Below, piece after piece: positions 44,508-56,188 of a DNA stretch of 64,000 nt (its first letter is position 1; each line of letters opens with the position of its first letter). A program made the position numbers and the translations under genes. This DNA is from Narcine bancroftii (taxonomy: Eukaryota), in the NCBI RefSeq assembly GCF_036971445.1, contig NC_091471.1, positions 992,001 to 1,056,000 of the forward strand. Direction: 5' to 3'. The notes under the pieces are model-generated. The model worked only from the letters and a program-made list of their open reading frames with translations. It ran no database searches and had not been told where the DNA came from.

Positions 44508-46345
44508 TAACATAACATAACAATTACAGCACGAAAACAGGCCATTAGGCCCTTCTAGTTCGCACCGAACCAAACACCCCTTTCTAGTCCCACCTCCCTG
44601 CACAATGCCCATAACCCTCCATCTTCTTCTCATCCATATACCTGTCCAACCTTTTCTTAAATAATACAATTGACTCCGCCGCCACTATTTCTCCCGGAAG
44701 ATCATTCCACACGGCTACCACTCTCTGAGTAAAGAAATTCCCCTCATGTTACCTCTAAACCTCTGCCCCTTAATTCTTAACTCATGTCCTCTTGTTTTAA
44801 TCTTTCCTCCTCTTAACGGAAATAGTCTATCCACATCCATTCTGTCTATCCCTTTCATAATCTTAAATACTTCTATCAAATCCCCTCTCAACCTTCTACG
44901 CTCCAAAGAATAAAGACCTAATCTGTCCAATCTCTCCCTATACTCTAGATGCTTAAACCCAGGTAACATTCTGGTAAACCTTCTCTGCACTCTCTCCACT
45001 CTGTTTATATCCTTCCTATAATTAGGCGACCAGAACTGCACACAGAACTCCAAATTAGGCCGCACCAACGTCTTATACAATCTCAACATCACCTCCCAAC
45101 TCCTATATTCCATGCAATGATTGATAAAGGCCAGCATACTAAAAGCCTTCTTCACCACCCTATTCACGTGAGTTTCTACCTTCAGGGAACGATGTACCGT
45201 TACTCCTAAATCTTTCTGCTCTTCTGTATTCCTCAATGCTCTCCCATTTACCACATATGTCCTATTCTGATTCTTCTTACCAAAATGAAGCACCTCACAC
45301 TTATCAGCATTAAATTCCATCTGCCATTTTTCAGCCCACTTTTCTAAGCAGCCCAAATCCCTCTGCAATCCTTGAAAACCTTCTTCATTATCCACTATTC
45401 CACCTATCTTAGTATCGTCTGCATATTTACTAATCCAATTCACCACCCCATCATCTAGATAATGTATATAACGAACAACAATGGGCCCAATACAGATCCT
45501 TGAGGCACACCACTGGTCACCGGCCTCCAACCTGACAGACAATTTTCCACTACCACTCTCTGGCCTCTCCCTTTCAGCCAATGTTCAATCCATTTGACTA
45601 TCTTAAAATTTATACCTAAAGACTGCACCTTCCTAACTAACCTTCCATGTGGTACCTTATCGAAGGCCTTACTGAAGTCCATATAGACAACATCCACTGT
45701 GCTACCCTCATCCACATTCCTAGTCACCTCTTCAAAATATTCAATCAGATTGGTCAAACATGACCTTTCTCCCACAAATCCATGTTGAGTGCTCCTGATC
45801 AGACCCTGTCTATCCAGATGTTTATAAGTACTATCTCTAAGAATTTTCTCCATTAATTTACCTACCACAGACGTCAAACTTACAGGCCGATAGTTGCCAG
45901 GCTTCCTCCTTGAACCCTTTTTAAATAACGAAACCACATGCGCAATGCGCCAATCCTCCGGCACTATCCCCATATCTAATGACATTTGGAAAATTACCGC
46001 CAGAGCCTCTGCTATTTCCTCCTTCACTTCTCTCAATGTCCTGGGGAAGATCCCGTCTGGTCCCGGAGACTTATCCACCTTTATATTCTTCAAAAGCCTT
46101 AAAACTACACCTTTTGTAATCTCTATATTCCCCATATTTACCCAATTTGCTTTTTTTATCTCACATCTCCCAATATCCTTCTCCTTAGTGAATACCGAAG
46201 AAAAGAAACTGTTCAATATCTCCCCCATTTCTCTAGGCTCCACACACAGTTTTCCGCTCTGATTTTCAAAGGGACCAATTTTGTCTCTAGCTTTCCTCTT
46301 ACCATTAACATATTGGTAGAACTCTTTTGGATTAGTTTTCACCCT
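44508..46345 (-). mobile_element. CR1 LINE, ~1.8-kb 3' portion with nearly intact RT
   Basis: KSPGPDG, NYRPVSLTS, DFSKAFDKV, GVPQGSVLGP and YADD motifs, with a frameshift near 45460 and a (TGTTA)n tail at about 44508-44523. Confidence 0.95.
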
Positions 46346-46876
46346 GCACTTGTCTACATTGAATTCCATCTGCCATCTTTCAGCCCACTCTTCCAAACAA
46401 GCCAAATCCTTCTGTAACCCAAGAAAACCTTCCTCACAATCTACCACTACCCCTATTTTCGTATCATCCGCATATTTGCTTACCCAGTTAACCTCACCCT
46501 CCTCTAAATCATAAATATAAATGATAAACAACAGGGGTCCCAGTACTGATTCCTGAGGCACCCCGCTTGTCACAGGCTTCCAACCTGATATACAGTTGTC
46601 CACCATGATTCTCTGCTGTCTATCTTCCAGCCACCTCTGAACCCATGTCACAATCTCTCTACTAATACCTAATGACTGAACCTTCCTTATTAACCTTCCA
46701 TGCAGAACCTTATCAAAAGCCTTACTAAAATCCAAATAGATCACATCCACCGCTTTACCTTCATCCACCTTTTATGTCACTTTCTCAAAAAACTCAACAA
46801 GGTACGTCAAACATGACTTTCCTTTTGCAAACCCATGCTGGGTGCCCCTAATCAACCCCTGTCTATCCAGATATCC
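46346..46876 (-). mobile_element. CR1 RT internal fragment
   Basis: Second set of DFSKAFDKV...YADDTKIG...EFNVDKC motifs, fused in frame to the neighbouring copy. Confidence 0.88.
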
Positions 46877-47032
46877 GGTTTCAAATGTCTGGATCAGAAC
46901 TTGGCCTTTGAGATGTATTGTCCTAAATGACAGAACTTCAGACTTTTTCTGTATATTCAGTGCGTTACATTGTTAATGCTTTGAATTTTACTCGGAGAAC
47001 TTGGACACAACAATCTAACCCGAAACAAAACA

Positions 47033-47255
47033 TTTTATTTATTTTTAATTTTAGAGACCCAGCACGGTAATAGACCCTCCTGGCCCACGAGCCCATACCA
47101 CCCAAATACACCAATTAACTGACAAACCCCGTGAGGTTTTTTTGTGGAGGCTGGGAGGAACCCACCCTGGTGAAGGGGAGAACATACAAACTCCTTACAG
47201 ACAACGCCGGATTCGAACCCAGGCTCCTGGCGCCGTAGTAACGTTGCTCTAGTCA
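47033..47255 (-). mobile_element. tRNA-derived SINE (V-SINE/HE1-like)
   Basis: Pol III B box GGTTCGAATCC on the minus strand (47209-47219), a GTTTGTATGTTCTCCCC central motif and an A-rich 3' tail. The family name comes from recalled similarity. Confidence 0.7.
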
Positions 47256-47981
47256 CTCTTCTCTGCTGGAGAAACTTAGTGGGTCGAGCAGCATCGGTGG
47301 AAGAGGAAAAGAATCCCTAACATTGTAGGCAGCGCCTCCCGACATTCCCCTCCTCACGTTGATAGAAAATGTTCTGGTATGTTCGGAGGAGGCGCTGGGA
47401 AATAATCCTGGAATATTTATTCCTCAATCAGCAGGAAAACAGTGACCGTTGTCGTCATTGTTGATGAGAACTTTCTGTGCATTGATTGGCGGCCTGTTTC
47501 ATCCATCTTACCAGTCACAGTAGGGGAGATTGATTTGGGAGACATGGGCATGAAACCAGCTTTGTTTAAAGACAATCGCTCAATGTCTTTAATGGTGATG
47601 ACCGTTACCCAGAAATCTCTTCGGCCAATAAAGCACCCTATCAACTTGTGAAAGAAGGGAGTGCGCAGGCGCACGGGAAGTGACTGCACGTGACCTGCAC
47701 TAAAACTCCCAGTGCTTTTCAGATTGAAGGCGGTTCAGCACTGGGTTCCAGAGTCTGGGAGCAGAGTGCAGCAATGTGTCCCGGAATGGAGGGCTCGCTT
47801 AGTTTTGGGGCTTGCAATGCCTGGCTAGAGATCGCTTCTCTCTGGGGGGGGGGGTCTCAGCCCTAGGCCCAGCCTTGGTGTTGATTTAACCCACTGCCCA
47901 GCTCTCTGGAAGCCTCCATCAGGCTGAGCAAAGTGCGTGGGACAGGACTGCATTGATTTATCCCTTGGGGATAAATATCAT

Positions 47982-48197
47982 GGGGTTTACCTGTTCCTCC
48001 CACTTGCTGAGACACCATCGGGTCCATACAGGGGAGAGACCCTTCGTCGCCTCGAGTGTGGAAAGTGATTCGCTCGGTCCTCCCACCTCTTGAGACACAA
48101 GCAGGCCCACATCGGTGAGAGGCTGTTCACCTGCTCCGATTGCAGGAAGGAGTTCACCCAGTTGAACAGCCTGGTGAATCACCAGTGAGTCCACACA
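47982..48197 (+). pseudogene. C2H2 zinc-finger pseudogene, paralogue of 6042-6797
   Basis: GFTCSSHLLRHHRVHTGERPF / [45 protein letters not shown], with a frameshift and two stops. It lies at the position equivalent to the intact gene. Confidence 0.9.
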
Positions 48198-48309
48198 ACG
48201 CGTGCAGAATGGAATATTTAAACATCACTCACAAACACTAGGTCTGTGGTCATTGAGGCAACAAATCAAAACAGGTTTTGGTTTTGTCAATTTGCAATTT
48301 GTTTTCGGG

Positions 48310-48830
48310 TTCAAGTTTATTGTCACATGTGAGGAAGTTTGTTTTGGAGCAGCCTAGTACATAGTCCAACAAATAAGTCACAATGCAGGGTTACAGGGAC
48401 AGATCAGTTGGGACAAGGCAAATGGAGCTTTATTTCACGTGCAAGGACCATTCAAGAGTCAGATATGGTCTGAAAGCAGCATCTCATAGCCTGAATATTC
48501 CTGAGATTGATCTCAGAAGCTAAGCAAGCTCAGAGACTGCCTAGGAACACCACATGCTGTAGGTTTCTGTGAGAGGCAGTGAATAAAGTGGTTACAAAAG
48601 TTGAAGAATTTCATGTATGTTACATCCTAAATGTAGTATTACATGATAATAATGGAACCTTGACCTTTTATGGGAGAGAAACTGTCCTTGAATTGGTGGT
48701 GTGTGATCTCACACTGGTGAATCATCTTCTCCATGGGGAGGAGGGGAAAGGGAGTGGGTCTGGGGAGGGGGAGTGTTCTAATATGTTGGTTGCTTTTCCA
48801 AGCCAGCGGGAAGTGGAGGGGGAATGAATT
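48310..48830 (-). mobile_element. Old LINE 3' remnant (L2/Rex-like), split by a 5S-derived insertion
   Basis: Tail-like AAGTTTATTGTCACAT and decayed ORF 48639-48881 (TLPLPRPTPFPLLPME). Clade is uncertain. Confidence 0.4.
48467..48668 (+). mobile_element. 5S rRNA-derived SINE (SINE3-like) or 5S pseudogene with tail
   Basis: GATCTCAGAAGCTAAGCA (48509-48526) and GAGACTGCCTAGGAACACCACATGCTGTAGGTTT (48533-48566) match vertebrate 5S rRNA, with the intervening ~20 nt missing. A non-5S tail of about 100 bp follows. Confidence 0.75.
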
Positions 48831-48840
48831 CTCTCTGATG

Positions 48841-49176
48841 TGCCAGATAATGAAGAGATCAAATGCAGTGTAGTTAAACACATATCATGGCTTTTATTAG
48901 TAGAAACTCAGTGTATAATAATGAATGATAATGGGTGCGGACACAGTTATAGTCAAGGGGGAGTGCCCTTGGTGGTAGAGATAATCCAAGTCCAAAGCCA
49001 CTAGTGCAGACTAAGCATAGTGAGAGATTGACAGCATGACACAGATTTTTCTCAGTCTCTCGGGGCAGAATTGAGTTAAATTTAAAAGAACAACTTTAAA
49101 ACAATAGCAAGCAAGCAATTCTACTGCAAGCATAACACAAAACAGATAAATAAATGGCATTGAGAATTTACTGACA
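48841..49176 (-). mobile_element. Putative 3' LTR of the Gypsy element
   Basis: Termini TGCCAG...CTGACA form an imperfect inverted repeat. AATAAA is on the minus strand near 48895, and the segment abuts the integrase end of the internal region. Confidence 0.55.
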
Positions 49177-49584
49177 TTCCCAAAACAAGGCTAGCATTTA
49201 TCAGTGAAACCAGAATATAATGAGATATTTACAAATAGTGTGGCCTCTCAGGTTTTTTTGAACACGAGAAGACCTTCTTATTGGAGCAGGTGGAGGCTGT
49301 GCAGGAGTGATGACCTTGGAAGCTGGTGGTGTTGGTATCATTCCCTGATCTATAGTGTGAGATTGCAAGACTTCTGGACTCGCTCCAGAATCACCAGCGT
49401 GAGACTGGGGGATCTCAGCATGGCCATTTGAATGCTTACTAGGGGGTCACAGGTCGGAGACATGGGTCAGTTAGAACCGTATCCCTTTGAGGAGGTATGT
49501 TGGGTGGTGCATCCAACCTCTCAGGATCACTCTGAGTGGGGGCATGCAAAAAGGGTGAACCATGTGGGGCTAGATCTCTTAGGG

Positions 49585-50400
49585 CACACAGAACTCAAAA
49601 CGGTCAACCAGTTTACCTACCTCGGCTGCACCATTTCATCTGATGCAAGGATCGACAACGAGATAGACAACAGACTCACTAAGGCAAATAGCGCCTTTGG
49701 AAGACTACACAAAAGAGTCTGGAAAAACAACCACCTGAAGAAGCACACAAAGATCAGTGTGTACAGAGCCGTTGTCATACCCACGCTTCTGTTCGGCTCC
49801 GAATCATGGGTCCTCTACCGGCATCACCTACGGCTCCTAGAACGCTTCCATGTGGGCTGTCTCCGCTTCATCTTCAACATTCATTGGAGTGACTTCATCA
49901 CCAACATCGAAGTACTCGAGCTGGCAGAGTCCGCAAGCATCGGATCCACGCTGCTGAAGATCCAACTGCGCTGGGTGGGTCACGTCTCCAGAATGGAGGA
50001 CCATCGCCTTCCCAAGATCGTGTTATATGGTGAGCTCTCTACTGGCCACTGAGACAGGTGCACCAAAGAAGAGGTACAAGGACTGCTTAAAGAAATCTCT
50101 TGGTGCCTGCCACATTGACCACCGCCAGTGGGCTGATCTCGCCTCAAACCATGCATCTTGGCGCCTCACAGTTCAGCGAGCAGCAACCTCCTTTGAAGAA
50201 GACCGCAGAGCCCACCTCACTGACAAAAGACAAAGGAGGAAAAACCCAACACCCAACCCCAACCAACCAATTTTCCCCTGCAACCACTGCAACCGTGTCT
50301 GCCTGTCCCGCATCGGACTTGTCAATCACCAACGAACCTGCAGCAGACATGGACCTACCCCTCCATAAATCTTCATCCGCGAAGCCAAGCCAAATAAGAT
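49585..50400 (+). mobile_element. 5'-truncated RTE-clade LINE inserted in the Gypsy integrase
   Basis: FTYLG, LRWVGHVSRM and C-terminal Cys/His motif. TTAGGG is duplicated at 49579-49584 and 50401-50406, and removing the insert restores Gypsy DGSTDTVPLRDLAP. Confidence 0.93.
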
Positions 50401-52191
50401 TTAGGGGTACTGTGTCCGTGCTCCCATCTGGGAATTTAACGTAGGCATAATTGGGATTAGCGTGCAGCAGTTGAACTGGCTGGACTAGAGGGTTCATTTT
50501 GTGCTTCCGAGCATGTCTCTTCAGCAGCTCGGTTCCAGGTTCAGATAGACAGGCTGGCTAGTCCGCCCCAGTTCTTGATTTCTTAGAAAAAGTAAACATA
50601 CGTTCATGAGGTGTTTGATTTGTTTCTGTACATAATAGGGACTGAATAGAATGTAGCACCTCCTGCCACCAAGTAACGGGATAACCATGTGTCTTTAAAG
50701 CGAGGTTAACAGTCTTCCAGACTGTAGCGTTAGCCCTTTCGACCTGCCCATTGCCCTGTGGGTTGTAGCTCATGGTGCGGCTGGTGGCAATCCCCTTGTG
50801 TAACAGAGCCCGGCGTAGCTCTGCACTCATGAATGCTGAGCCTCTGTCTGTATGAATGTAGCTGGGAATACTAAAGATTTGGTCAAGTGCCTTAATGACA
50901 GATGTCGTTGAGACGTCAGGGGTGGGTATCACGAAAGGAAACCTTGAATATTTGTCAATTACGTTAAGGAAAAACACAGTTTTGTTGTTAGAAGGTAACG
51001 GCTCTTTAAAATCTAAATTAATCCTTTGAAAAGGTCTGTTTGCTTTGATGAGAGTGGCCCCTGGAGATTTAAAATACTGTGGCTTGCATTCTGTGCAAAC
51101 AGGACAGCTTCAAGTCAGTTTTCTGACTTCTTCCAGAGAGTAAGGAAGGTTATTGGCCCTTTATGTAGTGGAGGAATCTTGTGACTCCTGGGTGGCACAG
51201 TCTGCTATGGATCTCCTTTTGTCCTTCAAACTGGGCACTGGCACCAGCTCATGACAATGTGTTAGAGGGATCATTTAACTTGCCAGGTTTGTAACTGATC
51301 TCATAATTGTAAGTTGAGAGTTCTATTCGCCAGCATGCCATATTATCATTTTTAATTTTACCTTTGTGTTTAATGTTGAACATGTAGGCTACAGATTTCT
51401 GATCATTGATCAGGGTGAATTTTCTACCAGCTAGAAAGTGTCTCCAGTAGCGTACAGCTTCAGTGATAGCCTGGGCTTCTTTTTCAATGGCAGGATGTTT
51501 AAGTTCAGACCCATGTAAATGCCACAGGTCTGCCCTTCTGGTTAAAGGTTCCTGCTAAAGCACAATCTGAGGCATCGGTTTCCACTTGGAACGGGACATC
51601 TTCGTCAATGGACAAGAGTGCAGCTTTGGCAATATCAGCTTTAATTCTCTCAAAAGCTTTCAGGGCTGCGGGAGAGAGAGGGAAAGATTCTGTGTCAAAC
51701 AGGGGTCGTGCCTTCGTAGCGTAGTCACGTACCCATTTGTAGTAGTAGGAAAAGAATCCCATACACTGCTTAAGGGCTTTTGTGGAGTCTGGGGGTGGCA
51801 ACCTCTTAAGGGCAGCCATTCTTTTAGGATCGGGGTGGATTTTGCCCTCACGAACAATGTAGCCCAGAATGGGTAGTTCTGTTGCATTGAAAACACATTT
51901 ACCCTCGTTAAACGTAAGATTGAGTTCTTTGGCCGTTGCCAGAAATTTTTTAGGTTTTAATCATGCTCGGACTGGGTCTTCCTGCAGATAGTGACATTAT
52001 CCAGATAGAGGAACGTACCCTGTAACTCATACGTCCTAATGATATTATTCATTTCCCTCTGAAACATGGTCATACTGTTAGTGACTCCAAAAGGTCCCCT
52101 CCTAAACTGGTATAGCCTCCCATCAGCCTTGAACACCGTATAGGGTCATTCGCTTTTTAAAAGGGGGATTTGGTGATAGGGTGCCTTAAGG

Positions 52192-52468
52192 ACATTAGAG
52201 GGAATTTCTTCACACAGAGAGTAGCGGGGTGTGGATCAAGCTTCCAACTGAAGTTAATGCAGGCTCAATTTTCACATTTAAGAAGAATTTGGACAGGTAC
52301 ATGAAGAGGAGGGGTATGAAGGGCTATGGAGTGGGTGCAGGTCAATGGGACTAGGCAGAAAAACAGTTTGGCACAGACTAGAAAGGCCAAAGGGGCCTGT
52401 TTCTAGTGGAGTTGTTTAAATGAACCGGTACGGACTTGAAGGGCCGACATGGCCTGGTTATATGGTTA
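52192..52468 (+). mobile_element. Short CR1 3' fragment(s) inserted in the Gypsy RT
   Basis: TTCTTCACACAGAGAGT...GGACTAGGCAG and a TGGTTATATGGTTA tail. TAAGG is duplicated at 52187-52191 and 52469-52473. Confidence 0.85.
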
Positions 52469-54009
52469 TAAGGTCGATAGTCTAGTACACTCTATATTGT
52501 GCTGTCTGATTAACCATTTCATTGATGCGGGACAGGGGGTAAGCATCCAAGTTAGTGTAACAGTTAATTGTCTGGCTGTAGTCAATAGCCAGTCGTTTCT
52601 TAGTGTGATTTTTCACCATTACCACCTGGGCTCGCCACAGACTCCTGCTGAGTTCAATCACCCCCTCTTTAAGTAGTCTCCAAGTCTCAGCCTTAATAAA
52701 CTCACGGTCCTCTTTGCTGTAAGAACGACTCTTAGAGGCAATCAGTCGACACTTGGGAGATAGATTACTGAACAGGAGGAAGCTTTGATCTTTAGTGTGG
52801 ACAGACCACAGTAACCAGTGTGGGGGATGGTAAATGTGGGTAGCTGCCCATCAAAGTTTAACACTACACTTTTCATCTGAGATTGAATATCGAACCCCAG
52901 TAACATTGGAGCACAGAGATCAGACATTACGAAAAGTCAAACATCAGCGAGACAATGTCCCTGCAAGTTCAGAGTAACTTTATACTTATCCCATATGATC
53001 TTTTTAAGTTCACTACAAGCCATCGATATCCCTTGGTTCTCAGGATACCTCTTCAAATTTAAGGCTTCAGCAACTTTTTCATGAATCTAACTGTCAGTGC
53101 TGCCAGAGTCTATTAAGCAATCGACAGTCTCACCATTCACCTCCCCCTTCATAGTCGACTGTTCCAGTCCGTAACAACAGTCAATTGAGCTATCACAGGG
53201 GAACCTTGTGTTGATCTCACCTCGCCGTCACTTGAAGTCAATTCAGCCAGCTCGTCTGAAGATTCCTCCCTTCACGGTCGTCGTCCATTCCAGTGGCTCT
53301 AGGATGAATTTTCTTGGTTCTTTTCTTCTTATCAGTGGGAATATTTTTCGCCCTGAATGCTTTAGCGAAGTGGCCATATTTCCCACAGTGGCTGCAAGGA
53401 GTGAATCAAGCTGGATGCTTCTGTCTGGGTTGCCAGGTCTTATTACAGAAGTAACACTTGTCAGGTGTTTCATCCCTTCATCCCCTTCAGGGTTCCAGCA
53501 CTCATGGGTGTTTTCAGTTTCCAGAATTTCACTGGATCACATAGCACTTCTCAGTTTTGGCTAGTGTGACTGCTTGGCCAAAGGTCAGAGGCTCTGTTTT
53601 TAATAGCCTCTGACGGATGTAACTGTAGTAAATGCCATTGACAAAAGCATCTAGCTTTAAAGCATTGCGGTGTTGTTTCTCAGTGACTGCCTCGACATTG
53701 CATTCATTTGCCAATGAGCCAGTGCATAGGCAGCATCACTTTCCCCAGATTTCTGGCGTCTAGTTAGCAATTGGTGCCTGGCAAATACCACATTCTGTGG
53801 CACCGCAGAGTAAGCGGTCAGTTCCCAGGCTATAGCCAGGGACGCAGCTCCTCAAGTTACAGAAAAAGGGATCTCACCCAGTAAGGAGTTCAGGTGGCCC
53901 CACTGTATCCTCTCATCAACCACGTTGTTCTGAGCCATGTAGTAGTCGAAACAAATAATCCAGTAGTTGAAGATTTCTCTGGCCCATGGGGCAACTGGTT
54001 AGTGTCTCC

Positions 54010-56137
54010 TGCTATGAGTTAAATCAGCAGTAGTATTAATAACCAAGATAATGGTTTTGGTTAAACAATAACATTCTTACTTGTGTTTCTCTTGGAATAA
54101 GAAACAAAATGGATCCTGAAAATGACCTAAAAGAAAGAGGTTATCATCTGGAGGCGCCTGCAAGCTCACACCGACACAAGAGAAACTTGTCCGTGAACTA
54201 CTTTTTGCAGACGATGCCGCTTTAGTTGCCCATTCAGAGCCAGCTCTTCAGTGCTTGACGTCCTGTTTTGCGGAAACTGCCAAAATGTTTGGCCTGGAAG
54301 TCAGCCTGAAGAAAACGGAGGTCCTCCATCAGCCAGCTCCCTACCTTGACTATCAGCCCCACCACATCTCCATCGGGCACACAAAACTCAAAACGGTCAA
54401 CCAGTTTACCTATCTCGGCTGCACCATTTCATCAGATGCAAGGATCAACAACGAGATAGACAACAGACTCGCCAAGGAAGACTACACAAAAGAGTCTGGA
54501 AAAACAACCAACTGAAATATCTCACAAAGATAAGCGTATACAGAGCCGTTGTCATACCCACACTCCTTTTCGGCTTCGAATCATGGGTCCTCTACCGGCA
54601 TCACCTACGGCTCCTAGAATGCTTCCACCAGCGTTGTCTCTGCTCCATCCTCAACATTCATTGGAGCGCCTTCATCCCTAACATCGAAGTACTCGAGATA
54701 GCAGAGACTGACAGCATCGAGTCCACGCTGCTGAAGATCCAGCTGCGCTGGGTGGGTCATGTCTCCAGAATGGAGGACCATCGCCTTCCCAAGATCGTGT
54801 TATATGGCGAGCTCTCCACTGGCCACCGTGACAGAGGTGCACCAAAGAAAAGGTACAAGGACTGCCTAAAGAAATCTCTTGGTGCCTGCCACATTGACCA
54901 TCGCCAGTGGGCTGATATCGCCTCAAACCGTGCATCTTGGCGCCTCACAGTTCGGCGAGCAGCAACTTCCTTTGAAGAAGACCGCAGAGCCCACCTCACT
55001 GACAAAAGGCAAAGGAGGAAAAACCCAACACCCAACCCCAACCAACCAATTTTCCCTTGCAACCGCTGCAACCGTGTTTGCCTGTCCCACATCGGACTTG
55101 TCAGCCACAAACGAGCCTGCAGCTGACGTGGACTTTTTACCCCCTCCATAAATCTTCGTCCGCGAAGCCAAGCCAAAGAAAAGAGATATGTTTTAAAGGA
55201 GATAAATTGTAACAGGTTTTTTAGTGTAGGTCGCATACAAATACTTCAAAACAGATCTCATTTAAAATGCCAGAGCTCTGCTCAAGCCGGACAGTCCAGG
55301 CTTCAGGTGCCTTTGCTAAAACTTTGAAGGATGCCTAGAAGGACTTCACAAGTAGGTTTTAATTGGACATGCTGTGGAGTAATGGATTATTGTTTTGGAA
55401 AGCAACAGATAAATGGAATCAGAAGATTGGGTCCAGAGCTGCAGTCTGTCTGAGTGTAGTTGACTGTTTAAGAGGGTCATGTGGTTTTGCAAGCAGAGAG
55501 AGTCAAATAGGCTTTTCTCTGTGTGAGAGAGAGAGCAGGAGAGAATTTAGTTCTACTTTTCAGCAGCAGCAGCTGGGACTGGAACAGGACAAACTGGCAA
55601 GCTTGTGGAAAACCCAATTTTGAAGATGGGTTGTGAGTTCTTAGTTCAGCCTGGTCAAAGTCCTTGTGGTCCTTAGAAGAGGAGAGGACTGGCTGTCTAA
55701 TGTTTCTCTTGGAATAAGAAACAAAATGGATCCTGAAAGTGACCTAAAAGAAAGAGGTTATCATCTGGAGAACCCTGAAGGGGCAAGTTTCGTCAGCAAG
55801 ACACTGGAGTGGCTGATGGAAGTACATCAGTTGTGGATGTCCTGGAACAACAAATCTCTCTGAAAACCAACAAGAATCTTCCTGACCGGTAACCATTTAC
55901 CTTTCAAGCACCAAAGCCTGGTGAACTTTATAAATTTTAAATTCTGTACACAGTCTAAGAATTGCCTGGAACCAGTGAACTTGGAGGAATGAAAAGTGAG
56001 ATTGGAAGTTTGACTTAAGTTAAAGTTTGATTCTATTTTCATGTTTAAAGATAATTAAACGCAACTTTTGTTTAAGTAACCATTTGTCTTGGTGAATATC
56101 TATTGCTGCTGGGTTTTCGGGTCCTGTGTTCATAACA
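54010..56137. mobile_element. Putative solo LTR interrupted by an RTE
   Basis: Termini TGCTATGA...TCATAACA (near-perfect inverted repeat) with a non-coding interior and ATTAAA near 56055. Confidence 0.45.
54152..55183 (+). mobile_element. 5'-truncated RTE-clade LINE
   Basis: LLFADDA RT motif through the C-terminal CNRC...H...C motif, with a small internal deletion near 54477 and an A/G-rich tail. Confidence 0.95.
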
Positions 56138-56188
56138 CATCTCTAAATTAACCCCCATATGTGCAAACATGTGTGTATATATGTATAT

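Larger units (their letters stand above)
42444..47965 (+). repeat. Segmental duplicate (ZNF upstream cassette, copy 2), interrupted by CR1s and a SINE-containing segment
   Basis: 42444-42596 matches 4741-4906, 46877-46951 matches 4920-4994, and 47553-47965 matches 4995-5190 plus 5850-6012. Confidence 0.9.
49177..53995 (-). mobile_element. Decayed Ty3/Gypsy LTR retrotransposon internal region (gag-PR-RT-RH-IN)
   Basis: Minus-strand order: gag with CSHCGKYGH knuckle (about 53370-53397), protease LIDSGSTD (about 53095-53120), RT YLDN (51996-52007), RNase H ETDAS and integrase HTDRG...QGNGQVERAN. It has many stops and frameshifts. Confidence 0.93.

Noticed and set aside
45455-46768. 437-aa ORF with two RT motif sets as a novel tandem-RT protein
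   Set aside because: It is a chance in-frame fusion of two CR1 fragments at about 46345 and ends at a frameshift.
49579-50406. TTAGGG at both ends of the RTE as telomere-repeat targeting
   Set aside because: It is a single hexamer that is part of the Gypsy coding sequence, and the other RTE copies have unrelated flanks.
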